52,773 bases of DNA, from positions 1-52,773 of the forward strand of contig CAWGVG010000042.1 of NCBI GenBank assembly GCA_963825865.1, in the 5' to 3' direction. Positions 1-11,195 of this stretch are shown here, one piece after another (positions within the stretch are counted from its first letter, which is position 1; each line of letters opens with the position of its first letter). A program made the translations under genes and the position numbers. Under the pieces are notes generated by a model. That model saw only the letters and a list, made by a program, of their open reading frames with translations. It was not told where the DNA came from and made no database searches. The stretch comes from an uncultured Nitrososphaeraceae archaeon (lineage in GTDB: Archaea; Thermoproteota; Nitrososphaeria; Nitrososphaerales; Nitrososphaeraceae).

Positions 1-3
1 AGG

Positions 4-1028
4 TGTTTAACTACACAGATGGGTAACAATTTTGATTACCTACATAGGTTACACTTTCTTGCTTCCTTTTTGTATATGTCTTAGATTTAATTAACCTTTT
101 CTACAAACCTTTCAGAAGGAGTAAGACCATTTATTCCACCATGTTCCCTAGTTTCATTATATGCTTTGACAAACATATCATACCTTAGTTTTCCATCATC
201 AATACTTGTTATTTCTTCAACTGTCAAGAACTCATTCTTTACAATCTTGTTATATGCTTCTATCTTTCCTTGTAACTGTGGATATGAATTTGGAATTGGT
301 TTATCCTTTATGTTATTCTTATATAGAAAGTGTTTGAATAGTTTAGATGTAAACTGCTTACCGTTGTCATGCATAACTTTCCTGGGCTTTCCGTTATCCA
401 TAATCCACTCCTCTAGGAACTCAAAACATCAATGCTCCTCTTTCTTTCAGACCACTTGCTAGCAACTTTTCTTGAACAGTCATCTATACAGCTTATCATG
501 TAATTTCTTGTGCTAGAACAGCGTACGTAAAATGGTCCAAGTATATCCATTTGAAGCATGTCATTTGGATGTTTCATTGCAAATCGCTTATACTTTCTAT
601 TATTCTTTACCTTACAGTTTAGAACGTTGAGAGTATGTTTTTTCAATGTCTTGTAGATGGTTCTACTGCTAAATGATACTCCAAGTCTTTTTAATCTGAA
701 CCTGATTCTACTAGTACAAAGGTCTTTAATCTTAAATCAAGTATTGTTTCTTCTATTTCTTTAGATACTTTGGTTTTGATGCTATGAGGCCTTCTAGATA
801 GTTTTCAACCCGTCTATTCCGTGCTCTATGTATCTATTTTTCCACTTGTAATATGTCTTCCTAGATATTTCGTATTTATTGCAAATATCGCTAATACTAT
901 TACCAGTCCATTCATGTTCATGAATGAGATTGAATTTTGTTCTAATTTCTATAGAGATTTCCACTTCCTAGCAGAAGTGTTAACTATGTCTGTAGACTAT
1001 ATTGTTACCTATGTTTGTAAGTACAACA
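4..1028 (-). mobile_element. IS481-family insertion sequence; transposase (about 87-964) split by frameshifts
   Basis: TGT...ACA ends with imperfect long inverted repeats (tgtttaactacacagatgggtaacaat vs reverse complement tgttgtacttacaaacataggtaacaat). N-terminal HTH (ISDICNKYEISRKTYYKWKNRY) and rve core (QMDILG, IDDCSR, HDNGKQF, PQLQGKIEAYN) spread over several frames. Confidence 0.85.
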
Positions 1029-1041
1029 ATTAATTATCGCA

Positions 1042-1509
1042 ATGACATCATATTTCCAAGCGGCAAATGCACAACTCAGCGCTACTCAACGGCAGGCTTT
1101 GGACAGTCTTATAAAAACAGGGTATACTAACAGTTATCCGATAAATCCTCCTCGCACATGGTGCACCGACTGTCCAAACGTTTCAGTACCATATAGCATC
1201 CATTTAGGGCAACTTCTTGCAATGGTGCCAGATCAACCTAGAACTAGTCTTGACATTCTACTCACTCCAACAAAATACCAAACATCATATGGCTATACAA
1301 CTATACAAATACCACGATGGGGGTTGGATTCTAAAAATCCATCAGGAGCTGATACACCGTTTAGGGTAACAATGGATGGTCATGATCTTTACTGGAAAGA
1401 ACTTCAAACGACCAAAGATTATAGAGTATTAGGATTGTTTTTTAGTGGCCAAGATACCCTTTTACAAATCTACGGAACCCAAGGTGCTGTAACAAAAGCT
1501 AAACCATAG
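1042..1509 (+). CDS. Thaumarchaeal surface-protein domain (PEFG-CTERM-associated type); 5' end probably cut by the IS481
   Basis: Motif IQIPRxxLD...D.PF.V..DG...E..T....R.L...F.......I.GT typical of Nitrososphaerota exported proteins. ORF begins 13 bp after the IS end. Confidence 0.55.
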   Translation: MTSYFQAANAQLSATQRQALDSLIKTGYTNSYPINPPRTWCTDCPNVSVPYSIHLGQLLAMVPDQPRTSLDILLTPTKYQTSYGYTTIQIPRWGLDSKNPSGADTPFRVTMDGHDLYWKELQTTKDYRVLGLFFSGQDTLLQIYGTQGAVTKAKP

Positions 1510-2255
1510 CGTGATGTATTCACCACCAAAGTGCAAAAGCATTCCCAACAAACCACTAATTTTTTTGTGAATAGATAGAGAATAATCAAAAAGGTAGGTG
1601 CAAGTTATAAACTCCATGGAAAGCAGTCAAAGCAATATTTAGTCTGAATGCTAGCTTAAAAATAGCACAGCTGTTAGAGTATCCCTGGCATAATATTATA
1701 ACAATACTACTACTGATACACGATATCATCCATTATATGCAATTATGTACTTTCATGTTAGTCTAAAGCAAAGACTTATTGGATACAAAACATTGATCAT
1801 AATATTGATTGAAGTATGGGAGAAATGATTATTTTACTATGAATGAGGACAAAAAGCAAGATAGCCAAATTGATATACCAAAGATATCTGCTACCTTTCA
1901 ATGTTTTGTATGTCCAGACAATACTCTTCTTATTTACTGTCTTGTAGTTTCCAATGTGGCTCTTAACCAAATAGAAACTGATCGATGGATTAAACAGTAT
2001 GGTGACGTATTGTTTAAAGTAATTGTAGCACAGAGCAAATACATAAAGTTGTTAGAGAGAAGAATTGGAGAGTAGTAGATTCTCGAAACACTTTGGCAGT
2101 TATTTGTGAATCAATTTCTTCTTCTCCTGATAGTTTACCATATTTTCTATCCGTCTTCTAGCATACTGTGCCAACTTTTTTGTTTGTCATATCCTATTCA
2201 ATGTTTGTTCTAGTTCAGAAAGTAGCAATGAAGACAGTAGCGATAGTTTTGTTAT

Positions 2256-3423
2256 TAAGTGAAGTGTCTGAATTTATGTCGTTATTTGTTCATTACATAA
2301 CCTAGATTTGGAAATAGTTAAAGCTTAGCAAAGGAGATATTTTCATTCTGTGAATCATCCTTTCAAACTCAAACTTACCATAGGACAGAGGAACAAATTA
2401 AAGTCATTTATGAAGAATACGGGTAACAAAAAAGAATACCGCAGGCTACTGGCTATACTCCAAAAAGCTGAAGGTAGAACTTACGAAGACATAGCAAATG
2501 AACACGGAGTCAGCAGCAGGTCTGTCACAGAGATGGGTTGCTGCCTATATCCAAAGTGGGATAGATAGAATAAAGATGAAGAAACCTGGCGGAACAAAAT
2601 CTGGCATAACAGATGAAAACAGAGAGATTATTCTATCAGCATTATTTAACGACCCGCACATCTTTGGTTATCTTAGAAATACATGGAGTCTGAGATCACT
2701 TGCAAACTGTCTGACAAATGAGCTAGGAATTCCAATCAGTTTCAAGCACCTGCAGAGAATAACAAAAGATTTAGGAGTTAGGTGCAAAAGACCAAAACTG
2801 GAACTGCTACATGGAGGAAAGGATTATGAAGAGGGAAAAGAGAAAGTGCAAAACTACAAACAGATAGCTTCAGCTCTAAAAAAAAGGGAGTTATAGTAGC
2901 ATTTGAAGATGAGACTATTATAACACAGAAACCTTGTATTCGCAAGTCCATGAGTTTTGAAGGTGAGCAACAAAGGATAGAACATACTAGTAGCAGGAAC
3001 AAGTTCTCCACATACATATCCATGGTATGGCCTGAAGAGAAATTAATGACGTATAATTTCTATGATAAAATGGATTCTACGAATACTATCGACCATCTAG
3101 AGAATCTCAAGACAAACATTATGAAAAATGATTGGTGGAAAAGACTGGTACTCATATGGGATAACGCTTCATACCATGTAAGCCTAATGGTACGGAATTA
3201 TATCAATGCACAGAGAAAGAAGACTGGCTGACCATAATCCACCTTCCAAAGAAAGCACCATACCTAAATCCGAATGAAAGGAAAGTAAACCAGCAAATAA
3301 AGTCAGATGTATGTGCGAATAGATTCTATGAACATATGGAAGACCAGAAAGCTGCAGTATCAGAATATTTGGACAAACGATTTGGAAGATGGTATGACGA
3401 CATTAGTTATGACACTTGACTTA
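2256..3423 (+). mobile_element. IS630-family insertion sequence with frameshifted transposase (about 2350-3420)
   Basis: TA-bounded inverted repeats taagtgaagtgtctgaatttatgtcg / taagtcaagtgtcataactaatgtcg. HTH, WSLRSLA, FEDE, WDNASYH and LPKKAPYLNPNER motifs. A8GGG slippery site near 2878-2888, typical of IS630 programmed frameshifts. Confidence 0.9.
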
Positions 3424-3973
3424 TGTATTAGAAGATCTACACTTGATGATATAATGCGAGTAATGCCTTTATCGTCGTCTGACATACTAAAGAAATATTT
3501 GTTTTATTCCAATCAAGCGGTGGCTTCCGGTTAATGTCTTTATAGAGCTGCGCTATGTCGCTGGAATGCGTATGAACAGGGTCATCATTATTATTTTTGG
3601 TAGGATGGTTATAATTATGATATCTTCCTAGGCGTTTAGTATTAAGCAAATACTGTTCCCATTATTATCCAATACGTTACTAATTGTAATACTTTGCTAA
3701 TACTGTGTGGATTTATTGAATAAGGTTTCTTTGACTAATGGCAGTATTGTTATCTCTCTTCTCCATTTTTTGATCATAGCCCTGAAGGCAACACAAATTC
3801 TTCTCCACAATGGTTTCTGCCTTTTGACGTTATACCAACTATCATGCTATGGGGCTACACTAACAAGACTCTTAAAGAGCTGTATAATAATATTGAAGAT
3901 GTTACACATTACATAGAAATATCATCGGAATTAAAAGTATAATATAACACTTAGTATTGTCTCATATATACAT

Positions 3974-4597
3974 ATGACAATATCAATTGATAAATCGATA
4001 GAGCAAGAAAAGGAGGATACTACAACAACAAGACAATCACCATACAAGATAAACCCGCTAATTCTACATAGATGGTCTCCAAGGTCTATGACAGGCGAAG
4101 AATTGGATGACGATACTATAATGAGCCTTTTTGAAGCAGCAAGATGGGCTCCTTCTTCATACAATAATCAACCTTGGAGATTCATATACGCCAAGAGAAA
4201 CACATCACATTGGGACAAACTCTTCAATTTGTTAGCAGAGCCCAACAAAGTTTGGACAAAAAATGCCGATGTATTAGTCGTGGTTATAGCTAGAAAGAAT
4301 TTCGAACATAATGAAAAATATTCTATAACACACCAATTTGATGCAGGAGCTGCATGGGAGAATTTAGCTTTAGAAGCATCATCAAGAGGACTAGCAGTAC
4401 ATGCAATGCAAGGATTTGATTATGAGCGAGCTAGAGCAGATTTGCAAATTCCTGATAGCTTTGATGTTATGGCAATGATTGCAATTGGTAGCAGAGGGCC
4501 AAAGGATAACCTTCCGCCTCAGCTACAGGAAAGAGAACATCCAAACGATAGGAAACCTCTAACAGAAATTGTAATGGAAGGACAGTTTAGAAAATAA
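3974..4597 (+). CDS. Nitroreductase family protein
   Basis: RWSPR, AARWAPSSYNNQPWRF and FDAGAA motifs; intact 207 aa. Confidence 0.93.
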   Translation: MTISIDKSIEQEKEDTTTTRQSPYKINPLILHRWSPRSMTGEELDDDTIMSLFEAARWAPSSYNNQPWRFIYAKRNTSHWDKLFNLLAEPNKVWTKNADVLVVVIARKNFEHNEKYSITHQFDAGAAWENLALEASSRGLAVHAMQGFDYERARADLQIPDSFDVMAMIAIGSRGPKDNLPPQLQEREHPNDRKPLTEIVMEGQFRK

Positions 4598-5024
4598 ATA
4601 ATAGTGTTTGTTGGAAGTAATCGGAGAGTCTTAAAATGATAAGCCATTCTCCATAAAGTATTTTGTCTAGCTTTTGTGCAGGGTCATCCGGTGTAGATCC
4701 CTCTTTTTGTTTTACTATTATTCCATAGTTTACTAGTTCACCAATAATTGCTTCACCATTGTCTTGCGATTTGTATACCTGGCGTCCAAATCCTGGTATC
4801 ATGCTATGGTTTAATGATGTCAGACTTGGTACAACCTCTTTCCTCTACTTTTGCTGCAGTAAGGTATTCCTCTATAGATAACTACTTACTTGCCTTCAAC
4901 CACTGGTTTGCGACCCAACGGTGAATCTGTGCTGAGACCAGATCTTCATTTGATAAGTCTTCTTGCATTCTATTTAGATGACAACACCTGCGAAAACATC
5001 TCCCATTGTTAGCTGCTGACATGA

Positions 5025-5122
5025 CTTTCAATCCTATAATAGTTCGATTCAAACTCTTACACTAATGCAAGATCAAGATTCTGTCAAGCGTTCTTTCAAT
5101 TCTATAATAGTTCGATTCAAAC
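5025..5122 (-). CRISPR. Orphan CRISPR mini-array: two 30-bp repeats and one 38-bp spacer
   Basis: CTTTCAATCCTATAATAGTTCGATTCAAAC at 5025-5054 and a 1-mismatch copy at 5093-5122. Reverse complement GTTTGAATC...ATTGAAAG has the type I-B/III-like 3' handle. AT-rich putative leader follows. No cas genes in the window. Confidence 0.7.
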
Positions 5123-5325
5123 TCTTACACTTTATACTATCAAACCCATGTTGATCTAATTTTTCGATGAGGATTCCACTATCCATGAAATAATGTACAA
5201 GATTTTTACATTTAAGACTTGATATTTCTGATCAAAATCATCATGTTTCAACGCTTTTTTACAAAATATTTTTAACCTGCAAAAACTAATGATGTGTATT
5301 ATCAAGCAAAACTCTGTACAAATTA

Positions 5326-5444
5326 GTGATAAATTATTTTTTTGATGACCACCCTAGTAGGGTCGAGGGTGATAAAAATTGCGATCTCCAAAAAATTTGG
5401 TGATAAACCATATCTCTAGTGATAAAACGTAGTTTTGTGATAAA
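5326..5444. repeat. Five direct copies of GTGATAAA (iteron or protein-binding-site array)
   Basis: Copies start at 5326, 5369, 5400, 5419 and 5437. Confidence 0.7.
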
Positions 5445-5797
5445 TTATTATGATAGCGGAATCTATTACTTTTTTATACATGAGCGGTTATTCACCACTA
5501 CTGCTCTGTAAAGTTAAGGAAAAAGCTATATGCTCTAATTGATGAGATGATAAACTTCTCTGATGAAGATACTGGACAGTTATTACTTCATAGACGACAA
5601 TAAAATAACGGCTAAACTTTAGCAATGCTGGATTAAAGCAGGAAGGTGTCATCTCAGTTATAGCTTGTATGAAGGTTTCAGAATTTGCAACGTGAGAGAA
5701 GAAAAATTCATACTGCCTATATTACGATGATAATGAATTACTTTTTAAAACGTATTTTAAATAATTTTTTATTCTTCAGAATTTTAGTAAGGAGTCT

Positions 5798-6109
5798 TTA
5801 GAAGCAAATCATGCTAACAAGCATCAGATTTAGTTGAACCTTATGCCATAATTCTGAAAAGGAATTTGTTATTTCAGTTATTTTTGATTGATTTAATTTT
5901 TCCAATAATTGTAGACATTCCAATATATTAGCACGGGCTTCAATATTATTTGCATCATAAGAAAGTGCTTTTACAAAACATATTATAGCCTCTTCACATT
6001 TTTCCAGTCTCCGAAGGCAAACTCCTTTGTTATTCCATGTTGGTATGAGTATCTTTGGATCAGAAGTGTTGTCTATAGCCTTTTCAAAATACCTGGCGCT
6101 AAACTCGTT
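5798..6109 (-). pseudogene. TPR protein fragment without a start codon
   Basis: Manual translation: YFEKAIDNTSDPKILIPTWNNKGVCLRRLEKCEEAIICFVKALSYDANNIEA. The frame opens exactly at the solo CRISPR-like repeat. Confidence 0.7.
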
Positions 6110-6138
6110 TTATCAACCTATAATAGTTCGATTCAAAC
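6109..6138 (-). CRISPR. Solo degenerate CRISPR repeat
   Basis: 22-nt CCTATAATAGTTCGATTCAAAC identical to the repeat at 5025; the handle end is degenerate (tttatcaa). Confidence 0.6.
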
Positions 6139-6551
6139 CCTCCGGTATTGGTAGCAGTGTGTTAACATTCTATCGTTTGTATAATCGTAAATGCCAAACA
6201 CATTCAGCAAGCCTTTTATCTTCTGTTCATGTTCTATTTTGGCTTGAGTAGAACACCATGAAGAACCACCATACGTTTTAGCTTGCTATAGGTCCTTTTT
6301 CATCATGTAAGAACCAAACTATATCACCACCCCCAGGACAGTCTTTATTCCTTGATATTCAGATGTAAGAGAATTATTTCCTACTTATCATCATAAGATC
6401 AAGTCGATCATCACTAGACCACTTACAATTGTTATTCGCTAACCAAATAGTGTAAACTCCACCTATTCTAACGCAGTCAATCATTCATAACAAGTGTTTT
6501 CGCACATTTTGACATTAAAATGGTTAGATTGTTCAGAAATTTTTAGAATGC

Positions 6552-6571
6552 CTAATTACGCAAGAGATCTA
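6552..6571. mobile_element. Isolated IS terminal inverted repeat (end of a MITE or IS remnant)
   Basis: ctaattacgcaagagatcta is the exact reverse complement of tagatctcttgcgtaattag at the left end of the IS at 28324. Confidence 0.7.
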
Positions 6572-6663
6572 TACCAATTAACATTAATTCGCTAACACTT
6601 TGCTAATATTTTGAGTTGAAATACGTCGATAGTTGTTAGCGAACTTTTGTTAACTGGTATAGA
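6568..6663. mobile_element. 96-bp MITE-like element with 30-bp imperfect terminal inverted repeats
   Basis: tctataccaattaacattaattcgctaaca vs reverse complement of the right end tctataccagttaacaaaagttcgctaaca. Confidence 0.65.
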
Positions 6664-8351
6664 ATATAGATACCTGTAATTAAGAAGCAGTATTTACGGA
6701 TTTTCTCTATAAAAGGCACTAAACTCACTGAAATAACACAGGAGCAAACAGAGTAAACAATTATTAAAGATAGGTATGAGAGCACACAAATTCAGACATT
6801 ATCATAAAGATTACCTTGCAATGAAGAGAGGAACATATGACTATTCAAAACTTTAGAATATTCCATAAGCACGGAACTCTACTTGAATCAGGATGGTATG
6901 ACACACAAACCTGGGGATCTCTGCATAAAGCTTGGATTGGTTATGTAACTACAAAAATAAAGATGAATATGATAAACAATTACACTATGCTTCAATTATT
7001 CAAAAACTACAAAAAGAACTTGATATAGAGGTAAGGGGGTCTATTTGTGTTGTTAGTAATAGTAGTAAGTGAAAGATATTCATCTAAAGAAGACATTTCA
7101 TCCTTATCTGAATTGGTTTTAATGTTTAAAAGATTATTGGCTCATGAACTGTTCCTGCATTTTTTAACGAGATAACCTGATGAACTTATTCTGTATTCCT
7201 TAACAGTTTTGCTTCTCTCTGTAATAACATACAGGGTTTATTGCACTCATAACAGAAGGTGTTCAGATCTCTCCGTAGGGTATTGAAATTAGACGCATAT
7301 GGATTATGTGCTGCATATATATGATCACAATACTTACATAATGTCTGGGCAAGCTTCTCTTCTTCTTCTGTGTCTTTATTGAAGCTCACTTTGCAATAAA
7401 ACTGTGTGTAACTGCCCGCAATTTAGCGTATTTCTGCAAATTCTTTTTTTATTCAGCTTTGACTTGTGAAAGCAGCAATAGATACAATAAAAGGAAAAAC
7501 TTTGGAGCAAAAGGAAACATGCGACACTTCTTAGAAATAGGACGACTAAATAAATCAGCTGGTCTATTGGGGTGATGCGCGAAAGTTTTGATGCGCAGAG
7601 GAGCCCTCAAGGTGCACTTCTTGTAGGGAATCAGGATGAGGTAGCTGAAGATAATTAGGCACAGCCCTAGGCATCTCTAGAATTACATTTATGATGAATC
7701 CCGCCTCGTTACCTCATGAGAAACTGACGCAAGCTACCAAACTAATAGGTACACGTATCGCACCAGCACTTCGTGAGGTGGGAGAACAGCAGGTGAAGGT
7801 ATTGTAACGCAATATTATTGGTTGATCTATACTAACAAAGTAAATTGTATCATCTCCCTTCATATGTCGGAACACCGGAGAATATCTGTAGCCTATTCAC
7901 GCAACAGGAGTGTCGAAAGCCCCGCTGCTTTTTATTGACTAAATGTATAATTCTCCAAAAGTTGTTAACGAAGTAGGTTCGTAAATCTTACAAGATAGAA
8001 GATATCGTAAAAACAAAATTCAAGGATAATTCGTTTTTTACATAGGTGTGTTGTTTAGTATTACTAGTATTATCATTATTGTTCAATATTCAGGCTCATA
8101 ATAATTGTCATCTTCTGGTATATCACAATTGTAATCGTAAGCAAAATCATGTATGTCAATGCCTGAGCTAAATCTATCAGGTAAGCTTGCAGTGTGTATT
8201 ATCCTTTCAAGCTTACCTTCTGCAGTATAAACAGCCTTTTTATCGACAAACTCATGCATTTGTTATAATACCTTGCACTATAAAATTGCCTAATTATTAT
8301 ATTTTCTTATTATATCAACAATAACTACAGCAAACTTGTATTCAATGCGAG

Positions 8352-8930
8352 CTATCCCCTGTGATTCATATATGTAACATCGATACTTGTTAACTGGTCA
8401 TTACGCCATGTGGTTTTAGCTCCACCCCAAGTATGTACCATATTATATTTTTCACCTTGACCAGTATGAGTGAATTCAAAGTACTTTTTCCATCCATCAT
8501 TGTTTGGTATGCCTGTATTCAGATCAATTGGATCTTCATTGAAGTATGCAACTAAATCACGTACACTATGGTCTGGTCTTACCATGCTTACTACTTTGCA
8601 GCCAAACCATCTATCTCCTAAAGGTTTATGTATTGTATAGCTTGACTTCATGACTAAGCTCATATTCTGGATGAATAAATTCAAGTGACTACATTTTTTG
8701 AACCATCATATACTAAATTGCATTCCAGCACAAGGCTTCATCGTTCTGTGGAATTCCACGTTTATGTTCGCCGCCAAACTAAGCTTTTAATCATGTCTGC
8801 GTATTACAACATATTGATAGGAAGTCGAAGACCTTTTCCTTCTGGTCCAAGTTTGCATAATTGTATGTTGCCAATGTTCAAGCCTTGTACAACATTGGCG
8901 GGAAATACTAAAAGTGTATCCAAAGGGATC
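8352..8930 (-). pseudogene. Fragmented thaumarchaeal beta-sandwich (carbohydrate-binding-like) protein
   Basis: RWFGCKVV...NNDGW...TWGGAKTTWRND pattern seen in Nitrososphaerales exported proteins; upstream part broken across frames. Confidence 0.4.
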
Positions 8931-9037
8931 ATTTTTACTTTTATTTACAAAATCAAGATAATATTTATTAAAAAGGATAACAACTATACAACAGTGCTTC
9001 ACTTTCCTCAGTTGCCGATAATTCGAGGGAAACGAGT

Positions 9038-11174
9038 ATGTCAGGGATAGTACAGTCTACACTAGAAAAGTTATGTAAAGATTTTATAGACAATCATACC
9101 GATCTAGATTGGTCAACAGTTCCAAGAATAAAACAAAATGTGCAGCATCTAAGAGATTTCAGTAAAGATGCTACTAAGGAGAAAGGTAATTATCAAAGGA
9201 AGAGGCCTGAAATCATAGTTTTAATTGAGGAGCTAGAAGGGATTAAAAATGCTTCAGTATCTGTAGTGGCAGGTATAGATGGGAAAATAAGGCTAGGTCA
9301 AGATATTACTAGTATTACTAATACGCTTATATCAAATTTCGATGATTTTAGAAAAAAGGTGAGCGAGCAACTATATCAAAAAGTCCAAGAAGTTAACAAT
9401 GAAACTTCAACAGACACCGTGGAGGAGCTATCGGATCAATGGGCACAAGCTTTTTTAGGAAAGTATTTCGAAATTATTTTGCATGTAGGATCAGCAGAAA
9501 ATATTTTCACTACCCTGAGTTCAGTCGTATCGCCATTAAAATACATGATACATTACAGAGATACTTTGTACCTAATTTCAGAATCTATCAAAATGCATTA
9601 TTTAACCAGATCTGACGCTTGTCCTGATGAACGAATAAAGACACAAATTATGAATCTCAGTAATTATATTAACTCCATAGTTGACAATTATTCACAATCA
9701 AATGATATTGGTACTAAACGTGCGCGAATTATTCTACATCACCCTAAATTAAAGGAGAGTATTCAGGAAATTTACATACAAACTCTTATGAGGTGTGGGC
9801 ATGTTTGACTGATACTCTATTATCCGATACATTATTATCCCAAAATCTTAAAGACGTCTTGTTCAAGACTATAGAAACTGCGCTTCTATATATGCAATCG
9901 GATAAAATATCGTCGACTAGCGAATTTATTCCCTTGTTAGATGAATTGTTTATCACGGTTCGTAGAGAAGCAACACGACATATAGACAAGCTGGAATTTA
10001 AAGAAGCAGCAGAAATATATTATTTAGTTGCAAAAATCTTAAGTGAAATTGCAAAAGGGGTTAAAAATATTGAGATTTCAGAAATACTTCAATCCAATTC
10101 AGCAACTTGGTTTATACAGGCTAATTCAGGATTTGAATATGCGATTCGTTCTTTACTTGTAAATGCGCATAAGTTAGAATTTGAGAACAAAAAAGAAGAT
10201 GCAACTATTATAAAGGATAACGCATCTGTTCTAAAATTCGAAATAGACAATGGGTTTCTAAGAAAAAGATTAAATCTGGAAGCTCATAAGTTCATAAACC
10301 AAAGCAAAGACAAAATCTTAGAAGGTCAATCGGAATTAATTGCTCCTACTGTCAGAGGTTTTGTCAATAGAGAATCTCCACAACTTTCAGAAAAGGCAAC
10401 AAATTATCTCATAGTGTTGCTTGATGCATATGAACAATTAAGAAATAGTAAAATAGGTCTGAGAGAATTTTGGCAGTCGGAAAATAAAGGAAATCTTTTT
10501 GGTGCCCTCAAGTACCTTTTAGAACTAACACCACAAAATATGGTCTGAATATTAAAGATCAGGTACTGATAGATGATTTGCTAACGACCATACCACAATT
10601 ATTGCAAGAGATGGCTGAAAATCCATCGGCAGATAAACGAAACGAGCATATTATTAGAACTGAATTTGAAAGAGCAATTTCATTAATTAAGCGGTTTGCT
10701 CGAACTTATCATCAAGAAATAAATTACAACTTTGAAAGTATAAAAGAAAAGCAAATAAATTTATCTGATAAAAGGGAGCAGATCGAAATTATTGCTGATA
10801 GGTTTTACGATCTGCTTGAGACCATGCATTATTTGAGATACGGAGTTTCTAGTGTTCTGGTTAGTCCGTATAATGAGGCGTTGTTGAAGACTAGCTCTTT
10901 TACATATGTTATGTCCACTCAAAAGTTTCGGCAGGACTATAGTAAACTTTTAGACGATATCAAGTTCCATTTTCCCAATATATGGGATGAGATATCAGAC
11001 ATCGCTCAAAAATTATCTTCAACTATTGGAAAATTAGAGGAATGTTTTAGTCAAATTAGAGATCGAAGCAAAGATATTCGTGCTATTATGAGCGAGATAC
11101 GACGAACATTTAGGATATTATGGGAAAATGTCATAGTTGGTCTTTTGGTTGATCGTGAGTTGTACATTACATAG
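9038..11174 (+). CDS. Large helical protein of unknown family (about 712 aa if ORFs 9038-9808, 9793-10548 and 10578-11174 are joined); residues 9-119 identical to the CHAT protein C-terminus
   Basis: Adding one A in the A-runs near 9746-9748 and 10535-10538 joins the three ORFs (HHPK-IKGEYSGN; TPQ-KYGLNIKD). Contains TPR-like helices (FKEAAEIYYLVA). Confidence 0.6.
9063..9394 (+). repeat. 332-bp perfect inverted repeat, copy 1 (coding)
   Basis: Reverse complement of 12919-13250; no mismatch found on reading both copies. Confidence 0.97.
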
Positions 11175-11195
11175 TTGGGATATAGGTGATAGCAT

